Shown here: positions 22,261 through 30,400 of the stretch, one piece after another
Layout of the letters: every line of letters starts with the position of its first letter
How positions within the stretch are numbered: the stretch's first letter is position 1
The notes under the pieces: model-generated
Told to the model about the DNA's origin: nothing
Databases searched by the model: none
Seen by the model: only the letters and a program-made list of their open reading frames with translations
Made by a program: the position numbers and the translations under genes
NCBI RefSeq assembly: GCF_000020025.1
Contig: NC_010630.1
Span: forward strand, 30,001 to 62,000
DNA: 32,000 nt
Direction: 5' to 3'
From: Nostoc punctiforme PCC 73102
Lineage (GTDB): Bacteria > Cyanobacteriota > Cyanobacteriia > Cyanobacteriales > Nostocaceae

Positions 22261-24618
22261 ATGTCCAATCGCTTTTCTCGACGCAAATTTGTCAAATTTG
22301 CAGGTGGTGTCATAGCTGGAAGCGCAGCAGTAGGAAGTGCGCCTTTAGTTAACTTGCTTGCAGCTAATGCCCAAAGCTCTACAGGATATAAAGTTGTTGG
22401 TTATTTTGAAAACTGGTCTCAATACCGGCAAGGAGGCGGAAAGTTTTTGCCAGCACAGATTGATCCATCACTGTATACACACATAAACTTTGCTTTTGGC
22501 ATTTTCGGCTATATCACCAAAGGCATTGCGCCAAATAACCCGCGCCTTACTGGTGACTATAGAATCCAACCCATAGAGTGGAACGATCAGACGGTACTGT
22601 ACCCAGAAATCCAAAAACTGAAGCTAAAGAACCCTAATCTTAAGACTTTATTATCAATTGGTGGATGGGGCTTTAATGACCCCCAAGATCCGATTCAAAT
22701 AGGCACTTATACTTATAATCTTTTCAGCCAAATGGCAGCTTCGGCAGCAGGCAGGCAACAGTTTATTTATTCTGCGCTCGAATATGCTCAAAAATATAAA
22801 TTCGATGGAATTGACCTAGATTGGGAATATCCTGGTTATCAAGGTAGAGGAGGTAGACCAGAAGATTTCGCAAATTTCCTTGCTCTAGTCCGAGAGTTCC
22901 GTACTGCCATCTCTGGAAGAAACTTTCTTTTAACGATCGCCTCATCTGCCATAGTCCCATCAGGCGTACCAGATCAATATCGCTCCAATCCAGGATCTTA
23001 CTTTCAATGGCTGGCTCAGTGTGCCCAATATTTGGATTGGCTCAACGTCATGTCCTACGACTATCATGGTGCATTTCCTGACGATAAAGTAACAGGGATG
23101 AACGCACCCCTACCCCAAGACTCTACGCCCAAAGGGCCATTCAGCGTCAAAAATACTATCGAAGCCTACTTAGCAGCAGGGATTCCCAATAGCAAAATCG
23201 TTATGGGTATACCAACTTACGGTCGGACGTTCAAGGTATCCAGCCCACTGAGTTTAACCGATAATGGCCCAGGAAAGTCTTATAGTAGTGTCGGCCCTGC
23301 GGGAATATCAACTGTGACTCCAGGAGTTCTCTCATACTACGAGATTCAAAACCGGATCTCAAGCGGTTCTCTAACACGACGGTGGCATGAACCAACTCTG
23401 ACTCCCTACGCCTACAATAGCCAAACTAGTGAGTGGGTGAGCTATGACGATACTGAGTCAATCGGTTATAAAACCAGTTACTTGATTGAGAAAAAACTGG
23501 GTGGCGCGATGATTTGGGCGATCGGTCTAGACCAATTTCAAAGCGGTTTTCCTCTGATTAAAAGGGTAAAATCTATTTTAGATAATCCTGCATTAAGGCC
23601 AAAGTTGCCGTCTTACTTTGTGTCTGGTGGACGCAGATATAACCAATACTCCTTTTTATGTACCCATAATTCTTTTGCTAATTCTGACGAGAATTGGACT
23701 GCCGCTAACCAATTTAACACTATTACTAAGCAACTCAATGACGGTGTTAGGGCACTTATGCTTGATATATATAATGCTGAGTTCGATTCTCTATTAGGAG
23801 GAAAAGGTGTATATCTACTCCATAACTTTAATCCAAACGCTTCATTCCCGGGAATAAATTACGCTTTGCCTTTAAAACACCTGTATGATGCTTTAAATGA
23901 AGTAGTAGCTTTTCTCAAAAATAATCGCAACGAAGTAGTAACTATTTTCTTGGAAGATTACGTTTACCCTGACACTAATAAGTTAAAGGAAGAACTTGAC
24001 AAAGTTACAGGCTTGAAAGAGTTAATCTACGATCCGGATAACAATCCAAATTGGAGCGTCCGAGTTACAGGAGAATGGCCTTTACTATCCGAAATGATCG
24101 AATGGAATAAACGCTTAATTATTTTCAGCGATAAAAACCACAATAATTTAACTACAAAAATTGGAGTAGCTTACGATCGCAATTACATACTACAAAATTT
24201 TTGGAGTCTTGGAGTTGGTGGTACTGATTGGGATTGCCAGTCAAGATGGCGTGACGGATATCATTATCAAATAGTGCCAGAAGGAACGCCATATAGCCAG
24301 TGGAGATATGCAGATCCCCAATTACATCCTAAAGTTGTGGAGAAAAAATCAGCATTATTCCTTTTTAACCATTTTAGAGATACCCCTACTAGGATAACCG
24401 CAGCACTTGATAACACCTATGACAAAATCATGGACAGAATCGAGAATCGTTGTTGTAATTCAGCATTTCTGCCTAAAGAAAAGACAACAAAGCAACTGCC
24501 AAATTTTGTAGCTGTTGATTTTTGGCAAGAGCCAGTTTTATACAATAATAAAGCTGCTAATGTTGTCCAAGAACTAAATAGAAGATGGGAAAATAAACTG
24601 GGATGCGCTAATCGATAA
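22261..24618 (+). CDS. Tat-exported fusion protein: GH18 chitinase-like domain plus PI-PLC X-domain-like phosphodiesterase domain
   Basis: The twin-arginine signal is SRRKFVKFAGGVIAGSAAVG. The GH18 catalytic motif is FDGIDLDWEYP. The C-terminal half carries FLCTHNSFAN...GVRALMLDIY...EVVTIFLEDYV, typical of PLC-like phosphodiesterases of the At5g67130-like type. I prefer the ATG at 22261 over the TTG at 22246. Confidence 0.85.
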   Translation: MSNRFSRRKFVKFAGGVIAGSAAVGSAPLVNLLAANAQSSTGYKVVGYFENWSQYRQGGGKFLPAQIDPSLYTHINFAFGIFGYITKGIAPNNPRLTGDYRIQPIEWNDQTVLYPEIQKLKLKNPNLKTLLSIGGWGFNDPQDPIQIGTYTYNLFSQMAASAAGRQQFIYSALEYAQKYKFDGIDLDWEYPGYQGRGGRPEDFANFLALVREFRTAISGRNFLLTIASSAIVPSGVPDQYRSNPGSYFQWLAQCAQYLDWLNVMSYDYHGAFPDDKVTGMNAPLPQDSTPKGPFSVKNTIEAYLAAGIPNSKIVMGIPTYGRTFKVSSPLSLTDNGPGKSYSSVGPAGISTVTPGVLSYYEIQNRISSGSLTRRWHEPTLTPYAYNSQTSEWVSYDDTESIGYKTSYLIEKKLGGAMIWAIGLDQFQSGFPLIKRVKSILDNPALRPKLPSYFVSGGRRYNQYSFLCTHNSFANSDENWTAANQFNTITKQLNDGVRALMLDIYNAEFDSLLGGKGVYLLHNFNPNASFPGINYALPLKHLYDALNEVVAFLKNNRNEVVTIFLEDYVYPDTNKLKEELDKVTGLKELIYDPDNNPNWSVRVTGEWPLLSEMIEWNKRLIIFSDKNHNNLTTKIGVAYDRNYILQNFWSLGVGGTDWDCQSRWRDGYHYQIVPEGTPYSQWRYADPQLHPKVVEKKSALFLFNHFRDTPTRITAALDNTYDKIMDRIENRCCNSAFLPKEKTTKQLPNFVAVDFWQEPVLYNNKAANVVQELNRRWENKLGCANR

Positions 24619-24759
24619 TCCAGCAGATTGCAAGTTTATTAAGTACAGTGACAGCAGTGAATAAACCAGTTTTTTAGATGTTTAGGGTTGGCTAAATCAA
24701 ATGCAGTAGCAATTACAGCAGATTCAAATTAATGAAGTATATTATTTAGTTTTGATAGC

Positions 24760-24801
24760 TAGGCTCTGAGCCTATTTTCATTCAGAATTCATAATTCTGA
24801 A
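24760..24801. terminator. Two small hairpins between convergent genes; possible bidirectional terminator
   Basis: TAGGCT-ctg-AGCCTA followed by TTTT lies at 24760-24778. TTCAGAATT-cat-AATTCTGAA lies at 24781-24801. Confidence 0.35.
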
Positions 24802-24816
24802 TTCTGCTGTAAATCT

Positions 24817-27441
24817 CTACAACCAATTGCCAACTAAAACATAGGGTGCCCAATATCTAGGACGAGTATATTCAGAACCAGACAGTAGTTTTAGTTGAGC
24901 AAGACGTAGAGCTTCTGCTGTAGTTTTACCAGTCATTAATTGACGATAAAATTCATCAATAAACAAAGCTGTGGAGTTATCGCCAATTTGCCACAAGGAT
25001 GCTAAAGTACTCCGCGCACCAGCGCGCAGAGCAACTCCTGCTAATCCTAATGCAGCTCGGTTATCTCCTGTTGCTGTTTCGCAAGCACTCAAAACAAGTA
25101 ATTCAATTGGCTCTGCGCGTTTTTGCCCTCTACTTTTGAGCAAGCTGTCTAATTCACTGACATTGATGCGTCTATCAGCTGCTAGGATGAAAGTGTCTTT
25201 GGCTTTAGAGCTAAATTGCCCGTGAGTTGCTAAGTGAACAACTCTAAAAGGTTGAGCGTTAATAGTTTCTTCTAACGTTGCACTATTAAAATTTCCATCC
25301 AATAATGTGATTTTTGACACACCCAATCTTTGAATTAATTGCAGTTCAACTTTAACGTTAGGAAGTGGTGCAAAGTTTTCATTTTTGGGTGGTTGCGATA
25401 GTCCTCCAGCCAGAGCATTTAATTTGTGCTGTGCTAGAGGTTTGGGTGTAAATAGTTGTAGTCCTGGAGTAACAGCTACAGAGTATTTTTGCACTAAATA
25501 CTCTTTGCCATCATACAATGCAGACATCGGGATATTTCGCAACAAACCATCTGGAATAAAGACTAAAGTATTTACTTTCCTCTTTTTGAGGTCTGTTTCC
25601 ACTGGTTTTATTAACCACTCATAAAGCTGTTGAGAAAGTACTTGAAATTGCCGATTAGCATCGGGTTCCACTATTGTCTCTCGCATTTTTATAATGACTT
25701 GCTCTATTTCCTGACGGTTGACTACAAAAGTTTTATGTATCAACGGTTGATTGGGAAGTTTGACAATAATTTCTAAATGTTTATCTAGGATAATCGGATA
25801 GAAAATAGCAGTATCCGGGTTGTCACGGTTTACCACATTGTCTAACGCCACAAATTGGTTATTTAAGCAAGCTTCTCGGAAAAAATTGTCCAGTTCTGCT
25901 AATTGTAAAGCTTCAATTCGCTGACGTGCTTTATCTAAATCGGGCTTTCCTTGTCCTTTCTCTTGTAAAAGCAACTCTACAGACTGGCGATAAATCGGCT
26001 CTATGCGATCACGAAAATTAAATTGTACCTCTCGGTCAACTGCAACTAAATCACTACGAAGTAACTGTAGCCTTGCTACTGCTGCATCGTAAGCAGATAT
26101 CGCTTCTGGGATATTTCCTTGTGCTTTGAGCAAGCGTCCTAACTGCCACTCCCAGCGATAAGCTATATCTGAGGCATCGATTTTTTGCGCTAGAAACAAG
26201 GCTTGCTGTGTCAAATCCTGCGCGTCTTGCCATTGATGGTTCTGCTCGTAAACTTCTCCTAAGCTGCCTAATGCATAGGATTCGGCGCGTTCATCGCCTA
26301 TGATTTTAGCTTGTTGAACGCTGCTGGCTAGAATCTCTGCAATGTCTTTTTTATAAGCAATTTTAGTCAAAGTCTGAGCAAAATTGATCCTCGCATAAAT
26401 ACCAGCTTGATTTGTCGGTAAACTAGCTAATTGAGATTGGATTATAGGTATTAATGTTTTCGCTGCTGTTATTTGTTCTTTCTCAACCAGTAAGCTAAGT
26501 TGATTGATTTGAGCTTGCACTTTGGGAAGTGGGTTAGGCGCAATTTTGGCAGCATTTTCATAATGGATAATAGCATCTTTGATATTACTTAACGATCTCG
26601 CAGTATTACCGAGGCTAAATTCCGTCAAACTAATTTCTAGAGGTAGTTGCAGATGTTGAGCAATTTCTAAGGTTTGTTGTAAAATTTTCTGAGATGACTC
26701 TATTTCGCCTAATTGTTGTAAGACGTTACCAAGCGATCGCAAAGCTGTTACTTTTAGAAGTGAGTCAGGTTGAGCTTTTAACTGTTCGGATACTTCCTGC
26801 AATATATCCCGGCTACGACGGTAAAAACCAGAAACTCGTAAAGCTTGTGCTTGGTCGATCCGGCTGCGCGTTACTCCAGCATTGTCACCTAATTTTTTCC
26901 AGATTTGCTCTGCTTGCTGTGATGTTTTCACAGATGCATCAGTTTGTCCCTGTGCCAGTTGCAGTTCGCCCTGAATATTCAGAGTTTGTGCCAGAATTTC
27001 CCACAATTGAGACTTTGGATTGTTGACATTTAACGTTTGATTTTTCTCATCCCAGCCCAGCAAATTTAAGCTAGTGTCAATCGTTGCATCAGCTTTTTTC
27101 CACGAACCGATTTGCTGGTATACAAGGGAGAGGTTAGTCAGTGCTGCGGCTTGGGCAAGGTTATTGCTTTCTGCTTGAGAAATACGGACAGCTTGTTGTA
27201 AAACAGTTACCGCTTCAGTAAAGCGCCCAGCTTGATAAAGTGCTTCTCCTTGCTCAAGAAGTTGCTGTGATGTTGTCGCTGGGGGTTTATTGGTTTGGAT
27301 GTGAAACTCGTCTGGTAAATTTGTCTGGATTGGTTTGGCAAATGTGCTGGGGATAATAATCAAAAAAATAGCAAGAGTAAACAAGATTACAGGATTTACC
27401 GCAAATTTAACTACTCGCTTTGCCAGCTGAAGTTTTTGCAT
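24817..27441 (-). CDS. TPR-repeat CHAT-domain (caspase-like) protease with an N-terminal signal or anchor
   Basis: The N-terminal hydrophobic segment is VILFTLAIFLIIIPSTFA. A long TPR-like region follows. The C-terminal CHAT dyad context is VVHLATHGQF (His) and LLVLSACETATG (Cys). Confidence 0.9.
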   Translation of the reverse strand: MQKLQLAKRVVKFAVNPVILFTLAIFLIIIPSTFAKPIQTNLPDEFHIQTNKPPATTSQQLLEQGEALYQAGRFTEAVTVLQQAVRISQAESNNLAQAAALTNLSLVYQQIGSWKKADATIDTSLNLLGWDEKNQTLNVNNPKSQLWEILAQTLNIQGELQLAQGQTDASVKTSQQAEQIWKKLGDNAGVTRSRIDQAQALRVSGFYRRSRDILQEVSEQLKAQPDSLLKVTALRSLGNVLQQLGEIESSQKILQQTLEIAQHLQLPLEISLTEFSLGNTARSLSNIKDAIIHYENAAKIAPNPLPKVQAQINQLSLLVEKEQITAAKTLIPIIQSQLASLPTNQAGIYARINFAQTLTKIAYKKDIAEILASSVQQAKIIGDERAESYALGSLGEVYEQNHQWQDAQDLTQQALFLAQKIDASDIAYRWEWQLGRLLKAQGNIPEAISAYDAAVARLQLLRSDLVAVDREVQFNFRDRIEPIYRQSVELLLQEKGQGKPDLDKARQRIEALQLAELDNFFREACLNNQFVALDNVVNRDNPDTAIFYPIILDKHLEIIVKLPNQPLIHKTFVVNRQEIEQVIIKMRETIVEPDANRQFQVLSQQLYEWLIKPVETDLKKRKVNTLVFIPDGLLRNIPMSALYDGKEYLVQKYSVAVTPGLQLFTPKPLAQHKLNALAGGLSQPPKNENFAPLPNVKVELQLIQRLGVSKITLLDGNFNSATLEETINAQPFRVVHLATHGQFSSKAKDTFILAADRRINVSELDSLLKSRGQKRAEPIELLVLSACETATGDNRAALGLAGVALRAGARSTLASLWQIGDNSTALFIDEFYRQLMTGKTTAEALRLAQLKLLSGSEYTRPRYWAPYVLVGNWL

Positions 27442-27451
27442 ATTTCATACC

Positions 27452-30400
27452 TTACCGAGATACAGGACAGGAAGCAGGTGTTTGCCAAAGGCTGTGAGGG
27501 TTGAATTGAGGAACTTCTGCTACTAGCTGTAAGTTTCCTTTACTATCAACTAGCCAACCAGAAGCTTCTACAATTGGAGTTGCAGCAGTAATTTGAGAAC
27601 TACTTGAAACTGCTGTTGGTTGCACCTGAGTCGTTGTGTTTGCGAAGTTTTCTGGTTTTGCTCTCAATCTGACCCACGCAGATACAGTACTAGAATCTTG
27701 TAAAGGCTCAGTAGGATTGATGGGTAGTCCACTGCGTCCTGTTGCCACAAAAGTATTTTGGAATTGTCGAGTTCCAGGCGTGCAGGCATTGGAAATTTGG
27801 TTAGAAGCATCAACCAGATTGATTGGGAGTTGGACTAAGCCGTTAGTGGGGTCTATATCTGGTGGAGTAATGTCTACATTGCCGCTTAAATCAGGAGTTG
27901 CTCCTTTTGCGCTAATGTCACTTGTGTTAGGGGACGGCTCTTTCCTGGACTGGATACCAAAAATTCCCGCAGCATTCTTAATGGTGACATTCCCACCACG
28001 GAAGTTTTCCGAATCAGCGCGGATGTCGCTGTTTTCTGATGGTACGGCGATAATGAAGCCATTTTTGGCATCAATAGTTATGTTACCGCCAGTTATATCG
28101 TTTCCACTAGCGTTAGTCGTAATGCTGCTACCTCGACGTAATAATAAAAAAGGTGAGTTGAGAAAGATATTTCCCCCACCTCCGGTAGTATCAGCGCGAA
28201 TTTTTCCTTGGTTGTCTAAAAGAATAGAGTCTGCGTTAACTGTTAATGCACCGGCTTCTCCCGAACCGACACTGCTGACTGTGACTTGTGCCCCATCCCG
28301 CACTGTTAACTTTCGTGTATCAAGAGTTAAATCGCCTCCTCTACCCCTACCTGTAGTTTCAGCCGAGATAATAGAACCATTGCCACGGATGGCGATAGAC
28401 TCAGGAGCCTTGACCGTTAGCGTACCACCTTTACCACTATTTAACGTCGATGCTGATATTTGGGCACCATCTTCTAAATTAACTAGCAAGTTCTGCTCAT
28501 TATTAAGGGGTTGAATAGTTAGGTTTCCAGCGTTTGCGGAACTGAGTGTTTGAGCAAATAGTCCGCTATTGGCACTGAGTTGCATTTCTCGAACATTTAC
28601 TGTAATGTCACCAGCATCACCACTACCAGAGGTCGAAGTCAGTAGTCTGCCGCCTGTTGTTGTTTGAAAAAGATTTGCATTGACTGTAATGTTACCTCCT
28701 TGAGAATCAGTCTGAGTTGTAGCATCTAAAACAGCATTATCAACTACCCTCAGATTGGCTGTTGTCAGGTTGATGTTCCCACCTTGACCAATTTCAGCAG
28801 AGTTTGTATTCCTCAATAAACTATTTTCGCCACCACTACTTGAGCGTAAAGCGCTACCAGTACCAGAGATATTAACTTGTTTGGTTGCATTGACAGTAAT
28901 TTCTCCAGCCTTTCCCAGTCCTAGTGTCTGCGTTTGTACAATTCCGCCGTTTGTGACATCCAGGAAACGAGTTTGCAAGTTAATCTTGCCACTATCACCC
29001 CTCGCTTCTCCTGCTACTCCGCTTAATATTGAGCCATTGTCAACTAGGATGGAATCAGCTTTGATAGAGATGTCACCTGCATTGCTACCTTGTCCGAATG
29101 TTGTGGTGGCGATCGCTCCTCCATCTTTAATGATTAATTGCCCGGTTTTGATGGTCAAGTTGCCAGCATTGCCAGTAGAATCAATGGTTGCTTGAGTAAA
29201 CACGCCGCTGGGAAAGACTGTTCCAGCAGCAGGTTCTTGTTCAATATTACCAGTGGGGATAAAACCGCCAAGGAATGTATTGGGTGGAATTCCTGCTAAT
29301 CCTAAATCTTGACCCAGTTCAAAAATACTTCGGGGACTTTCAGTTGTTGCTCCACTTAACTCTAAAAATTTGGATGTTACCAAAGTGATATTTCCACCTT
29401 GCCCATTACTATGTGTGGAAGCAGATACTTGTGCGCCACTTTTGAAAGAAATGGAAGGAGCGGTAATCTCAATGTCCCCGCCCTTACCAGAGCCAAAGGT
29501 ATCGCTAGAGATAACGGTGTTGTCCAAAATTAAAGGTGCATCACTGATAATAGTAATGTTTCCTGAACCTAACCCCCCGGTGGAGTTAATTGAAGAGCTA
29601 CCTGGAACCAGCTTGAATTGATTAGTGTTGCTATCAAATTCCCCACGGCTCAAAAGCTGGATGTTATTGGTTGCGAAAAGGCTAATATTGCCCCCATTTC
29701 CCTCTGGTTTAGAATTAGAGAAAGAAAAAGAGGATAAAGGCCCAGCGGAAATGCTGCCGTTGACAGCTTTAATAGTAATTACACCTCCATTTTTAACCGA
29801 ACCATTAAACGAAGCTGAGCGAGATTCCACATCACCCGTAGAAATATTTCCGTTATTAGTATTAAGGCTAATATTGCCTCCATTGCCCGCTTGCTCATCC
29901 CCACCAAACGAGAAAGAGTACAAACCACTAGTGGAAATGTTCCCGTTGGTGGTATTGAGGCTAATATTGCCCCCATTTCCCGCTGTATAACCAGCACCTG
30001 AAGTAGAGAATAAAGAACCAGCGATGGTGATACCATTATTAGCCTTAAGGTCAATATTGCCCGCATTTCCTGCTAGATTAAGATCGCCGTTACCACTTGA
30101 AGAATCCAAAGAAATAGGTGAGGAAGAGTCCAAAACGCCAGTGATGTTGATGCTGTTACCAGCTTCAAGGGTAATTGCACCACCATTTCCTGCAATATAA
30201 TTAGATGATTCCGAGGTAGAATCCAAACCATCAGCAATGTTGATATTGTTGCCAGCTTTAAGGGTAATTGCACCCCCATTTCCTGCTGTGTGATTAGAGT
30301 CTGAGGAAGAGTCGAACCTACCAGTAATGTTGATGTCGTTGGCAGCTTTTAGGCTAATATTGCCCCCATTTCCCGCTGTGCCATCATCCTCATCATAATT

